DNA of 64,000 bases from Macrostomum lignano (lineage: Eukaryota): positions 28,822 through 92,821 of the forward strand of contig NIVC01003527.1 of NCBI GenBank assembly GCA_002269645.1, given 5' to 3'. Shown here piece by piece: positions 1 through 15,233 of the stretch. Position 1 is the first letter of the stretch. Each line of letters opens with the position of its first letter. The translations under genes and the position numbers were made by a program. The notes under the pieces are model-generated. The model searched no databases and was not told where the DNA came from. It worked only from the letters and a program-made list of their open reading frames with translations.

Positions 1-215
1 CTCTTTCTCCTCTCCTCCATTGCAGCTCTCTCTCTTCTCATCTCTCTCTCTTGTCTCTCTCTCCTCTTTCTCTGCTCTCTCTCTACTCTCTCCTCTCTCT
101 TTCTCTTATCATCTCTCCCCTTCATCTCTCCTATTATTTTATATCATTTCTCTTAGTCTTATCCCCTCTCTTGCCTTTTCTCTTTTTGAATTGTCTATTT
201 CTTCTTCTTTCCACT
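1..215. repeat. CT-rich low-complexity tract
   Basis: Almost pure C/T sequence; the Ser/Leu-rich ORFs here are by-products. Confidence 0.85.
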
Positions 216-922
216 CACATCTGCCTCTTAGCCATGAGCTGGACTCTTTATCTGGCCTTTGAGGTAAAAGTCTGCCAATCCCTGCTTGGAAAGCCAGTTT
301 ATGGGATGTAATACTCTCATGGTTGTTCTCATGCTTTGATCATGTCATTTTTCTGGCCAATTTGCAGCACTGAGAAGAAGTTGCATAATTTCAGCTCCAC
401 TGCAGTCTAAATCAGTCTAATATAACAACCAAGGAAATACGCATTTCTTAGGAAGCCATTTAAATTTTGGAGTACCTTTAAGACTTAAGTGAAACTTAAT
501 GTTACAACTTCAATGGTGTGACTTATATTGTATTGCATCACTTTTTTTTAATCTTTTGCTTATGGATAGATTTTATGGATGGCTAAATGTAGCCTCTCTA
601 TGGGGGTGCAGAGAAGGCTATAAATAAAGCTATTCCAAAACACTGTACATTGTCATGTACTAGGAAAATAAATGTCAACAAAAACATAAAATAAAATTTG
701 TTTACTGTTTTGACCCACCTTTGGACTGTACAGTTTGTTTTGCTTAAATATATTGATGCTGAAAATCAAAGGTTAGTTGAATTTGCCCTGACAACATCTT
801 ATGTTTGACAAAATATGTTGGCTAAAAAGAAAATTTTATTTTATATTTTTGTTGACATTCATTTTCCTACTATTTATTAGATGAGCTACACTTCTATTCA
901 ACCATTGTCATGTATATTCAAC

Positions 923-1219
923 CATACATGAGCAACCTCCGAAATTTGGTCGGCCATGCGACTTAGTTTCAACAAAAATGCGACGTAGTTTTGGCCAAAA
1001 ATGCGACTTACATGTAAAAAAACCCTAAAGCAAAATTAACGCAACTTTGGGTAAACGGCAGGAGTAACTATGACTGTCTTATTAAGCCAAAATGCCTCGT
1101 CAGCTACTTAGTACTACTACTTGGTTATTTTTTCAGGTGGGCATTTTTGCGACTTCCTTGGTTGGCCGCCAGATCGGTCGGCCGGATCGGCCGACTCGGC
1201 CGACTGTTGCGCATGTATG
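923..1219. mobile_element. 297-bp non-autonomous DNA transposon (MITE), hAT- or P-like
   Basis: TIRs CATACATGAGCAAC (923-936) and GTTGCGCATGTATG (1206-1219); exact 8-bp TSD TATTCAAC at 915-922 and 1220-1227. Same family as 6512-9829, opposite orientation. Confidence 0.88.
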
Positions 1220-2260
1220 TATTCAACCCTATTGCCTGGTCCTTGGTCTAGCTCTGGGGGAATGAGTGAGTGGCACAAACAACAGAAAAAGCAGACAAAC
1301 TTCACATGCTTACAGTTTCTGTTCTAAATGAGTTATAGAGTTGAAACTTTACATTTAGACAAAGAATGAGTCAATAAAGAATGGTGTCAAGTTTGAAGTC
1401 AACTGCTTTATATGGAGCAAACTTATGGCAGCCAAACGTTAGTCAATTTTGAAACCCCTTTTACATATCTAGGCCACCTAGATTGGGAAAGAGAGGCAGG
1501 CAGGCAGGTGGAGGTTGGGGCGGCTATCTCATTAACAAAAAACAGCCTAAATTTAAAAGTGCACAGCACTATTTTGAATTAACTTTGAGACTCAAAATTT
1601 TATATAATTATGTCAAAAGGGTTGAAGATTGTCTGTGTCAAATTTAAAGAGAATCAGTAGAAGTGAAGTGGCACTTTAGAGGATTTAGTAAAAAATTGCA
1701 CATTTTGAGCAGTTTTTGCACTTTTAGATTAATTAGATAGGAAGACCCAAGTTTAGGAAATTTTAAAGTAGCCTAAGACATTTTCCACAGTGAGTTTAGG
1801 GTGGGTACAAAATTTGGTGTAATTTGGTTAAGTGGTTTAGGAGTCCATAGCAAACAAAATTGTCTACAGAGAGACACTGAGACACAGAGTTTTCATTTTT
1901 ATAGGTAGCAATAATAGAAAGTCATTTACTTGGCAAAGTCTCTTAGATCCTACTAAAGTTTGAATCATTTAAAAGCATTAGGCCATTCATTATAACCTAA
2001 TTAAAAGTAATACAAAGTGTCTTCTAACTTAGAAGGGCAACAGGCAAGGCCTAGTTCTAGTTTATTGTGTTAAATTATTTTGCCCTCTATTCAAGGGTAG
2101 GGGGGTTGGAATATAACGAAGTAAACTAGAACTATGCCGGGCAACAAGCCACTTAAAAGCAAAAGAAGCCACTTAATAAAAGCATTGAGAACCATGTTTT
2201 CAACCCTAGCATAGGTCCTAGGCAGGCAGCAGGCCTTGTCTAGTGAGGCCATAAAATAAT

Positions 2261-2558
2261 GGCAATGGCTAGAGTTCCAGCATTAGGACTAATTTTCCAA
2301 TGGCTATAGATCTGGCAGGGCCATTATAATAGTACGAACATTATTTTTCTATAGGTGGCAGATATTGAGATTTTGTTTAGATAAGATTTAAGACCAAATG
2401 ATAAGTCAAGATTTCAAATGAGATACTTCTAATGTTTAGACTTTTAAATAGATAGTCATTTTATATACTTCTATTCTATAAGTTCTATATGGCATTGCCA
2501 GATCCATAGGCCTATCCATTAGAAAACAGGTTCTGGTGCTAGAACTCTAGCCATTGCC
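2261..2558. mobile_element. MITE-like element with ~70-bp imperfect inverted repeats
   Basis: GGCAATGGCTAGAGTTCCAGC...GATCTGGCAGGGCCATTATA is mirrored by TATATGGCATTGCCAGATC...GCTAGAACTCTAGCCATTGCC; no clean TSD. Confidence 0.6.
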
Positions 2559-3877
2559 TAAAATAGCATAGGTAATTTTTTTTCAAAATTACTCTATAGT
2601 CTACAGAATCATTATATTAGGGGCCTGTTATGTTTTGTTTGTCTTGATATATTGTACTACTAATACTATTAGCTTCTTTGTTGAAAACATAGGCCTAAAA
2701 TAAATTTCCTTAAAACATTGATAGGCCTATATCTATAAATTATAAAATAGGCCTACAATATTTTTATTTTACATCAAAATTATATATTGGGTAATCTACA
2801 TTTTTCAATTTTCATTCTTTCAAATTTCAATTGAGAACCCAGAAAGTTAGGCATTCTTTTATTATAGAAGACCCAAAAATGCGTGACTTTCGTAATGGAA
2901 GACGTATAGAAAAGGGGAAGAAATCAATCGAAAAATGAGCATTCACTAACAAAATGAAAGCGTAGCAAAAGTTAATTCCACACAAAGTTGTTATACTATA
3001 ATTGCAAGTGTTTATTCCACCAATCTCATACCCAGCCTATCAAACTATAATACACTAGTGCCATGAGGAGAGGTCACTGTGTATATACACTTAGAACACT
3101 GTGTATATACACTTAGTTTTAGAAAACTGCAAAATAGGAATATTGCTTGTGTGTCTCGTGAAACAAAAGTAAGAAAGAAGCAGCGAGCTATCATACGCCA
3201 ATGTTACTCGAGAGACACGAGTACAAGTACGAAAGATTTAGAAACGCATGAAAGCAGCATGCACACGCATCCCCTTCACCTTTGAAAAAGAAGACCCAAC
3301 TCATTTCACCTAAGTATTTACAACACAGAGGTCTTGCATTACAAAAGTAAAAGACCTTTATGTTAAACTTTCTGCAGAATTTCCAACAGGTAACCGACAA
3401 TGAACATTGTGATCCCCTACTTTCGTTTTGGAAGACCTTTAATAGATGCTTAACATTGTCAGTTTTTTAAAAATGAAACTGTATATATCAGACTAACTGT
3501 ATATATCTATGAATGTATATATTCATAGAAATGTACCCAAGGCCGACACAGGAAAACAAATCATCTAAACCCTATGTTTCTGCAGCTTTTGTTGCTGCCA
3601 CCCCTACTACCTTTATTTTGGAAGACCTTCAATGAAATAGTAGCTTGACGGTCTTCTAAAACAAAACTGTAATATAAACTGTAATAAAGGACACACAAAG
3701 CCATTAAGAATAAACAAACAAAATAATAGACAACAATATGTGAGCAGCTTCCTATGTTTTACGCGGGTCTTCTTTTTCGAAACTGCCAGCTTCCTATTTG
3801 ATACATAGAGGGTCTTCTAAAACGAAAGAATGCCAAAAGTTAAATTGCTGAAAAATAAAAAATTGGCCTAGGCCTAT

Positions 3878-4562
3878 TAGAGCTGTCAAAATTAGAGATT
3901 TTATTCGAGACGGGATTCGAGACGAGAAAGGCTTATAAGTCGAGAATTTCGAGACGAGACAAGACAAAGTAAATCTAAAAAATATATTTCAGAATTGCAT
4001 CTTGTCTTGCTTTTATCTTGCCTTATCTTGTCTTAAATTTCTTGATAAGATACAATTCTAAAAAAATATTTTTTAGATTTTCCAGAATACTTTCTTAATT
4101 CTAGTTTTAATTCTTTGCTATTTATTCATAAGAATTTATGCTTGTAGCATATAGGCCCTTGGCCCTACTATGTCTATTACTAATTTGTCAAAAGACCTGT
4201 GTAGATTATCTTCAAGTCTGCTATCATACACCTTGCTGCAGAACTGAAATGATAACTAAAAGAGCACATATGCAATGCAAACTCGTATATAACGACGTTC
4301 GTTAAATAACTGCTTGACATTGGCTAGATTTTACCATTTGAAAATTGCCCTATCAAGCGTGTTACAACAAACAGTTGTATTTATATGAAAATTTGCTCCC
4401 CTTTTTATATTTTATCACTTAAAAGCTTTTGAAAAAAGGTATCGGAAAAATTCTTGAATCTCGTCTCGAATTTCTTGACAAAATTCGAGATTTCTCGAGA
4501 CGAGAAAAAATGTTGAGATCTTGTCTCAAATCTTGTCTCGTCGAGATCTCGTGACAGCTCTA
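3878..4562. mobile_element. Non-autonomous hAT element (MITE)
   Basis: Perfect 11-bp TIR TAGAGCTGTCA / TGACAGCTCTA, exact 8-bp TSD AGGCCTAT (3870-3877, 4563-4570), and subterminal CGAGA/TCTCG motif clusters at both ends. Confidence 0.9.
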
Positions 4563-4578
4563 AGGCCTATGCAGGTAT

Positions 4579-4800
4579 CAGGGGTATAGGGAGCTAGGAG
4601 GGGGGATAAGGGGATCTTGTAGGGCCTATCGCCCTATCCCCCTAAAAAGCCTAACAAAAACTTTTTTGTTGCCCTTTGTTGCTATACATGCTAGGCCCCT
4701 ACAATGTGACTCTGTCATAGCACTTTTACCTTGGTGTATCCCCCTGTAGAAAATTCACCTTGGTGTATCCCCCCATAGGAAATTCCTGGCTACGCCCCTG
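4579..4800. mobile_element. Non-autonomous hAT element (MITE), 222 bp
   Basis: TIRs CAGGGGTATAG / CTACGCCCCTG; exact 8-bp TSD GCAGGTAT (4571-4578, 4801-4808). Confidence 0.88.
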
Positions 4801-6699
4801 GCAGGTATCATTTGAATAGGCCTAGGGACTTCAATATTTGAGGCCTGACTGTTTTGCTCTTTGTCTATTTATACAAAAAGGAAGGCCAGGCCTCTAGGCA
4901 GGCCTATACTAATACTAGGGGCTTAATAACTGATGCGACATTTGTCTATATTTAATAATCCTGAAAAATATGTTTTTTTAACGTTTGTTGTGTAATGTAG
5001 CAAAACAAACACAGACATTAGGCCCTATTTTTTATATTTTATCTCAGAAATGTAAATCTTGGTTTCAGCTAGTGTTAAATTGCAAATAACAGATAGTAGA
5101 AACTTTGCAGCTACTCAAAAATTATTAGGGAAAAATTCTGATCTCTGATTATCGCGGTCTGCTGTCTGTTCTGAGGCTTTTCATCTTACAAATTCCAGAA
5201 TCAGAATCGGTTCGGATCTTCCAAGAAAAACAGCAGTATAACTATTTAATTCTGTTGAATGTTTGACTGCCTTAACAACCTCACTTAGCACAATTTTTCA
5301 CTTACTTCTTGGCGATTGTCATTCGATAATAAAAACTTTATAGCACGTATTTCCCTCTAGTTATAGAGACAAAAAGTTATACTTCACAAATTTGTTCTGG
5401 TTCTGGAACCAGAACAAGCAATATGAAAAGGCCCTCTGTCTGCTGTCTGCGTAGCTGATAATAATTTTCCTTCCACCATCACCATAACCAAGCCGCGGCT
5501 GCAGCTGTAGACTGGAGACCGGTGATCGGATAAAGACAAGGGAGGGGGATGCCCCTCCTTTGCATAGACTAGGCCTATGAAAATGAAATAAATGAACATA
5601 ATTGCATCCTAGACTAGGCCTGGAGTTAATAAGGATAAAGGCAGACTTCTTGACATTGTGAGTAAGGTACCGAAGAGTGAAGACGTGAAGTGAAGTGATG
5701 CTAGGCCCTACTCTACTCACTTGACTTTCTTAGAAATGAGATAAAGGGCCGATAAGGAATTTTCAAGAAATAAATAGGCCTAGTTTGTTTTGATTGCAAA
5801 GAGTAGGGCCTAGTCTAAGTATAAACTAAAAATAATTTCGTATATTTTATCATCAAAGTCCTATATTGAGATGTTTGTAAATTTTATATAATAAAACTAT
5901 GAACTAGGCCTATGCAGGTCCTATTCTGTAGGACCTAGGCTAACTGGCATTGGCATGGCATAGTCTAGGCTTAATACTAGGAAGTCCAATCAGGCAAATA
6001 AATGCTAAGCCTAAAAATACTTTAACCTTATAGACTAATCTTTTCAATTTAAAAAAATTATCATTTGAATAGCAACTTAAATATTCAAAAGGCCTATCAG
6101 TTTTAAAAATTTTAAAGCACATATTGTGAGTGACACAAGTGTCAGTTAATAATAAGCTAGGCCTAATTTATGGAAAATATGACAGTTTATTATTATCTTC
6201 AGAAGCTATCTAGATATTATTAATAAAAGTTTTTCTCTATGAAAACAAATTAGGCCTAGGCTAGGCTAGGGCCAATTTTTTTCTCTTTAGGCCTAGGCCT
6301 AGCTTATGCCTATATCTGTTGTTTATTTTATGTAATTGCACTGGCATTGCTAAGTTAGGCTCTATTCATTTGCAAAATAATTATTCAAATTTTTAATTTT
6401 TTTAATTTAATTTAATTTTTAAGTTTTTTTCATTTTTAGCCCCCCCCCCATAGTCAGGAAGGTGGCAAGTGCACGCGGGAATCAATTTATGGAAAAATCC
6501 TTAGTGCACGCCATACATGCGCAACTGCTGGCCGACCTGGCTGATCTGGCCACCGTAAATCGTGGCTGACTAGGGGTAAGTCGCAAAATTGAGTCAACCA
6601 AAAACAGAAAAACACAAGAACCAAGAAGGGCAAGAGGAAAGCGAAAGAAAGAGCAGTTCAGGGAAAATGGTGAAGCAAAAGAAAAACAATTCGCAAAAG

Positions 6700-8295
<1,596 letters not shown>

Positions 8296-8554
8296 TAAGT
8301 CGCAATAAGAGGGAAGTAAGTCACAATCAGAGGCAATCAGGGGGTAGTAGGTGCAAGTGTGGCAGGAGAGCAAAAACAGAATAGAAGCCTTCAACCACAG
8401 ACAAGATCTTTGAAATCAGAAGCCTGCGTCAACAGTTTCCCATTGATTTCTTAAACTCTGGAGCAGGGGTTGGCAAACTCCGGCTCGCGAAGCCCCTCTA
8501 TCTGGCCCTCGCCCCTCGAGTTCTTTGAAACTTCCTAACTACGAGTAGCAAGGT

Positions 8555-9240
8555 TGGTGTCTCTTCAACTCTCATCTCTCTCTTCTTCTCTACCTTGCCT
8601 CCCCTCTTCTCTCTCTCCCCCTTTTCCCTCTTCTCTCTCCTCTCATTTTTACTCTCCTCTCTTCTCCCCCTTTCTCTCTACCCTTTCTCCTCAATGCCCT
8701 CTTCTCTCCTCTTATCTTCAGCAAAAATATGTGCATATTTTCTTACTTCAAAGTAGAGGGAATAGAAGATTAGAGATAAGCAAACAGAGGAGAGGCGAGC
8801 GATGCGATGGGAGAAAAGATAGAAGAGGAGAGAAAAGCTGAGGGAGGAAAAAGAGATGAGAGAGAAGAGGAGATTAGAGGAAAGAGGAAAGAAAAGATGA
8901 TGGATGAGATCAGAAGAGAGGAAAGAGGAAAGAGGAGAGAGTAGATGAGAGAAGAGAGGATAAAGAGGAGATGAGAGGAGAGTGAAGAGAGGAGAGATGA
9001 GAGAGTAGAAAAGAGAGGAGAGATAAGATGAGAGAGTAGAGTGGAGAGAGACGAGAGGGAAGATAAGATGAGAGAGTAGAGTGGAATGGAGAGAGACGAG
9101 AGGAGAGATAAGAATGTAGAGAGGAGACAGAAGAGATAGGAGAGGAGAGGAAAGAGAGGAGCAAGGAGAGGAAAGAGAAAGGGATAAGGGATGAGAGAGA
9201 AAAGAAAAAGAGGATGAGAAGATTGAGGAATGGAGAGAAT
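8555..9240. repeat. Polypyrimidine tract followed by polypurine (GA-rich) tract
   Basis: CT-rich 8555-8715, GA-rich 8755-9240, with the hairpin AAAATATG-TG-CATATTTT at the switch point. Confidence 0.8.
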
Positions 9241-11520
9241 TTGCAAAGGCCTCAAATCTTAGTTTAACATGCATTACTCCCATCTTTGCCTTTTTCCTAA
9301 CTGTTAACAAGTTTTTGTTTGAGCATGACTTCAAATTTAGAATCTATGCAAAAATAGTTCCGGGAATTAGAATTCAGTGGTTTTAAAATCTGTGGGTTTT
9401 CACAGCTTGTATCTCTACTGGATTCGTATTCTGCATCTGATGAGCCATCTGAATCAGGGCTCTCATCTTCCATGCCAAATCGTCTAGCAAATCGTTCTTG
9501 AGCTATAGGTCACACTGTATTCACTTCACTTACTTCTGGACATTCATGAATCATGACTTTTGTAGTATGCTCACTATACTGTACTGACATTCTGACAATT
9601 TACTAATTGCTTCATGCCGCCACTAGATGACACTGATTAGCTGTTATAAAAATGTGGAATCTGCACGCAGCACTAATTAGCTGGCGAGGCATTTAGCTTT
9701 AAAAATATGGTTATAGTTACTCTTGCCGTTTACCTAAAGTTTTTGCTTGGCTCTTTCATAGGTAAGTTGCATTTTTTATCGAAAACTAAGTCGCACGGCC
9801 AGCGTAATTTCAGAAGTTGCGCATGTATGGTGCACGCCAATGTACGCCAATTTTTTAAAACCCTTAACATGACGTTTCTGTTGCATGCCAAAAATCTTGA
9901 ATACCAAAAATCATGTACGCCTCATGTACGTGTGATTTGAATATTAACTGTATTACTCTATTAGATACTATTTTTAAATAAATTTTCTAATTACGTTAAA
10001 CAAAGTTTATATAAAAAAAGGAAATTCACTACAAAGAACATAGTGAGTATCAAAAACTTTTTCTTCACATTTCAAGAAACAAATAAACTAAAAGTCTACA
10101 AGAGTCACAAAATAAGAGCGTTTAAAAGTTATTGCAGATTTTAATTTTAATGTAGGCTGTAGAGTGTCAGGCCTGGCTGTAGGCTAGGCTGTAGCCTCAA
10201 CTAGTTGGTTTAATCAATATTCAAATTCAATTGTTCACGTTTAACTTTATATATTGTATATATATAGTGTATACATCTATATCTGACTTGTTGATATACT
10301 GTCAGTTTGTAATTGCATGCCAAGGTTATACGCCAAGTATTAAAAACTTGTACACTGAAAATTTAGGCGTGGCTTGAGACCTCTATTTGCACGCCAACTT
10401 TGCACGCCAAAATTTTAGCGTGGCTTGTGCACGCGGGAAAATTCCCGCATGCAGGCCACCTTCCTGAGTATGGCCCCCCCCCTAGCCATAGCTCATAGAT
10501 ACCCTTTTTTTGTAAAAATTCCCCCACAGATGGGCCTTGAATTTAAAGAGTCCACATATAGTGCATTGTGTATATAATGTCACAATTTCAAGAGCAACAA
10601 GGGTCCTTTATTTTGCAACTCTACAAAAACGAAAAACCTCATGGGCCCCATGCTACATATAAAGCATAACTACTAATCATGCACTGCATGCAACTTCTAT
10701 GGCAGCCAAAAAATGTTCTCACGTGGCTGGTACATCCACAAGACTAGGCCCCTCTTGCTCCCTAGTTGAAGGCTATGCATATTGAAAGAGCCATTTATTA
10801 AGTTGAACATAAACTTTTGTTATAGAGGGCCTGTTTTTTATAGAAATATTTTCTTTTTTAAGATTTATTAGACACTAAGCCCTATTAACTAATAGTGACA
10901 TTTGCTTTTTATTACTAATTAAATCAATTTATCAAAGTATAAATTTTAGTAAGTATAATTTATTAGTAAAACAATAGCCATTGACAATACTATGTAGTTT
11001 CTTTGTCAAAAAACTTTAAGCATTAAAGCATTTTATATATTATTTTTAAACTAAGCATATATAGAGCAAATTGAGAAATGCAACAATTTTTTGTTTTTTG
11101 TTTTCTAAGCTTAATATCTCAAGAAATCACAAATGAAACAAATCATATTTATAAATAAACCTAAATTAGAAACATTAAAGCTAGGCCTAATACTATATTT
11201 TTTATTATATATTTTTCATGTTCTAATCAAATTGCTAATTAAACAAATTAATTAACCATCTTTTATAAGTTTATAATAACAACAAATCAATAAAAAATTG
11301 TCTACAAAGAAAAGCTAAAAATAGTCAAGTTTTTCTCAAATAGTATATTCCTAGAAATAGGTATATAGCCAGGATTCACATCAAATGGGGGGAGAAAGAT
11401 ATAATTCTATCTCTAATAGAAGTAATAGAAGTAAAATACAAAGGCAGTAAAACCCCCCTCCTAGGAAGGAAACATGTCTCTAATGTCTACCCCTTGGCTA
11501 TGCCCCACTCCTAAGATAGC

Positions 11521-11582
11521 CAGTTGCAGAAAAATCTAACTCAACAAAGGGGGAGGGGCTACCCCCTCTAAATCTACCACTG
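11521..11582. mobile_element. Minimal 62-bp hAT-like MITE
   Basis: CAGTTGCAGA...TCTACCACTG ends; 8-bp TSD AAGATAGC / AAGACAGC (one mismatch). Confidence 0.6.
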
Positions 11583-12169
11583 AAGACAGCTAGATAGCTA
11601 ATTGGGTAGGCCTTAATAATACTAGTTTTATACAAATTTTGTCATTAAAAAGATTGTTGTTTTTTGCTATAGAAAATTTGGAAAATTAAAATTATGACAA
11701 TCTAATAAAGAAAATGCATGTAAAGTGCTCAGAGAGGAGTCTGTTATACACCCTTTGGGGGATAGGGCACAGTTGAACCAAGATCCATGCTCAACTTTCA
11801 TTGGCTCATGGATCTTAGCAGTCATTTACTACAGTCATTTTGCAGTTTTCACTACAGCCAGTTACCCGTTTGTCAGCTACCACTTCGAAATTTGTTAACT
11901 TGTTTACTTACTGTAAGTCTATAGTTGAGGTCCTGCTACATTATAGTTTATAGCTTTTGTTTCCATTGTCAGTTTTAATGATGTTAAAGTTAGTATGAAA
12001 AAGAGAGTTGCCACTAAAAAATTGTGCAAAATTATGTTATTTGGATCAGCAGAATGAGAGATATAATGAAAAGTAACACTACTTTTGGGACACCCCTTAT
12101 AGTTACTCATGCCATTTACCCAAAATTAGCCAACCCTACTATCTTGGGTTGGCTAATAATGCAACAAAA

Positions 12170-12485
12170 CAAAATAAATCTCAATTTTGTTTAGGTTTCT
12201 TTCATAGGTAAGTCACATTTTTGTTCAAAATTAAGTTATATGGCCTATGTAAATCAAAGGGAGAGGTGGTATGCATGTATGATCTTGTTACCCTATTGGA
12301 GTAAGTGGACAAAAGGCATCCAACTGTCTATCACAATTTTGAAATTTTCTGGACAAATTCTAGTAGTGCATTGTGGCTGGAGTCAAGGTAGGTGGTGTAG
12401 CAAGGTGGGTGCAGTTTTGGGTAAACAGCAAGAGTAACTATGACCATCTTAATAAAGCTAAATTCTTCATCATCTAATTAGTACT
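12170..12485. mobile_element. Degraded remnants of the CATACATGCGCAAC element family
   Basis: TTTCATAGGTAAGTCACATTTT resembles the segment near 9750-9770; GGGTAAACAGCAAGAGTAACTATGACC resembles 1049-1075. Confidence 0.5.
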
Positions 12486-12518
12486 ATGCCTGTATTTGGT
12501 GCAAGAGTTAACATGTTC

Positions 12519-12703
12519 TGACACTAGGAAGCTGGGTTTGGCAAAAAAGTAGCAAAAGGAAAGATAAGAACAAGCACAAGGGGATAATTATAGAGACTCT
12601 ACTTTATCAGCTCAAGTTAACATAATAGTGCCTAATTATCCCCGTGCTTCTTCTCCAAAGTCTAATTTTTGTCACTTTTTTGCCAAAACCTACTTTCTGG
12701 TGT
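12519..12703. repeat. Imperfect palindrome (old MITE or foldback)
   Basis: GACACTAGGAAG..TTTGGCAAAAAAGT pairs with ACTTTTTTGCCAAAA..CTGGTGTC; inner GCACAAGGGGATAATTA pairs with TAATTATCCCCGTGC. Confidence 0.55.
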
Positions 12704-13166
12704 CTCTGTGAGCAGAATGATGTATCATTAGTGTACATAGGTTACTTGGGCTCCACTTTATGAGCTTTAGTTGACATGCCCTTATAAATATATGTGCATA
12801 TTGCTAAAATATAATTATGCATTACATTATAAAATTATTCACAATGAAACTTAGCTATCAATATGCCTACTTTGCTATTTCTACTAAGAAATGCTTCTTG
12901 TAAATAAGCAGTCTGAAACCTTAATATGATCATAAGATTTTAAAATACATGCAATATTAAATACATATTGTCATAAACATCAGAAGATAATGCTGTCCAA
13001 GAATAACTTTTTAATGATTTTAACTGCTGAGCCAAGCCATGACCTCATCTATGGGTGTCAGACACTTATAAAATAGTCGTTTCACATTCTTTTCTTGCTA
13101 CTTATCATTAGGTGAACTCTTATAAATCTCTCAAACCCTCCTACAGCCAAGCACAGTTATTTAAGG

Positions 13167-14698
13167 ATGTCGGAGGAGAGCGGCAGCAACCAGCCGGCAA
13201 CTTTGGCGCCAGTCTACTGCAAATGCGGCTGCGGATTCTATGCCTCGGCCCAGTTTGATGGCATGTGCAGCGTCTGCTTCAAGGCTACAGCTGATGGAGA
13301 TGCCGCAGCGGCTGTTTCAGTCACTGTCAGTGCGGCTGGTGCCGCGTCGGCTGATGATGCGGCTTCTGCGACAGCTTCCTCTGATGGTAACTGGATTCAA
13401 GATCCTCCTTTTATCTGGGTTATCCTCCCAGATCCTCAGTTGCTGGGTTACCCTCCCAGATTCTCAGTTGCTGGGCCAGCCTCCCAGATCCTCAGTTGCT
13501 GTGCCAGCCTCCCAGATCCTCAGTTGCTGTGCCAGCCTCCCAGATCCTCAGTTGCTAGGCCAGCCTCCCAAATCCTCAGTTGCTGGGCCAGCCTCCCATA
13601 TCCTCAATTGCTAAGCCAGCCTCCCAGCTCCTCAGTTCCTAGGTCAGCCTCCCAGATCCTCAGTTGCTAGGCCAGCCTCCCAGATCCTCAGTTGCTGGGC
13701 CAGCCTCCCAGATCCTCAGTTGCTAGGCCAGCCTCCCAGATCCTCAGTTGCTGATCCAGCCTCCCAGATCCTCAGTTTCTGATCCAGTCTCCCAGATCCT
13801 CAGTTGCTAGGCCTCCAGCCTCCCAGATCCTCAGTTGCTGGGCCAGCCAGCCAGATCCTCAGTTGCTGGGCCAGTCTCCCAGATCCTTAGTTGCTGTGCC
13901 AGCCTTCCAGATCCCCAGATGCTGGGCCAGCCTCCCAGATTCTCAGTTGTTGGGTTACCCTCTCAGATCCCAAGTTGATGGGTTACCATCCTTGATCGTC
14001 AGTTGCTAGGCCAGCCTCCCATTCCTAAAATTTTTCTTTAAATTTACATAGCGCTAATCAAAATTTTTAAATCTGCTAATTGTTCCACCCAAGCCTCAGC
14101 AGAAACCCCTACGGCTGAGGAGTCTCAAGCATCGCCTCAGCAGCAGCAACAACAGCAACAGCAACTTCCCCTACCACTGTCAATCCCAACGCCGCAGTCC
14201 ATAGCCGCTATGCTTGCCGTTCCAACGGACGATGGCTCCGCCTCCTCTCGGGGTGCTTTCTGTGGTGAGCCAGTTCTTGAATATTTGCTACTTGCTTAGC
14301 GTGTTTTGCTACTTTTTAGAGTAAAGTGTTTTGAATGTTTGTTACAATAAATAAATTTATTACCAGCAACTGCACACACAATTGCAGACGCCAGTAGCGG
14401 CAGCGGAAGCGGCAGCGTCGTTGGCGGAAGCAGCGAATTGAAGAGGCGAAATCGGTGCCACGCCTGCAAGAAGCGGGTGGGATTGACGGGTGCGTTCTGG
14501 GCAGCTGAGCTTATTGAGTTGGAGGCGTCTGCGGGCTGCCGTAGGATATGCCAGCGTGACCTGGGTGTCTGATAGGGTTACCACGTATCTGTCTGTCTGT
14601 CTGTCATCTATAGATCTATAATATCTATCCATCCATCTATCTATCTATCCATCTATCTATCTATCTATCTATCTATCTATATATCTGTCTATCTATCC

Positions 14699-14733
<35 letters not shown>

Positions 14734-14782
14734 CATCTATCTATCTATCTACCTATCTATCCATCTATCTATCTATCTATCC

Positions 14783-14827
<45 letters not shown>

Positions 14828-14859
14828 CCTATCTATCCATCTATCTATCTATCTATCCC

Positions 14860-14909
<50 letters not shown>

Positions 14910-15014
14910 CATCTATCTATCTATCTATCTACCTATCTATCCATCTATCTATCTATCTATCCATCTATCTATCTATCCATCCATCTATCCATCTATCTAT
15001 CTATCTATCTATCC

Positions 15015-15064
<50 letters not shown>

Positions 15065-15186
15065 TTATATATCTATCTATCGATATATCTATCTATCTAT
15101 CTATCTATCTATCCATCCATCTATCTATATATCTATCTATCGATCTATCTATCGATCTATCTATCTATCCATCCATCTATCTATCG

Positions 15187-15233
<47 letters not shown>

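Noticed and set aside
195-420. Minus-strand exon-like stretch ending in a GTGAGT donor
   Set aside because: All frames contain stops and no motif is recognisable; at most a decayed relic.
1700-3830. Repeated GAAGACC/GGTCTTC words as a regulatory array
   Set aside because: Irregular spacing in both orientations within transposon-rich DNA. Probably subterminal motifs of an old element whose ends I could not define.
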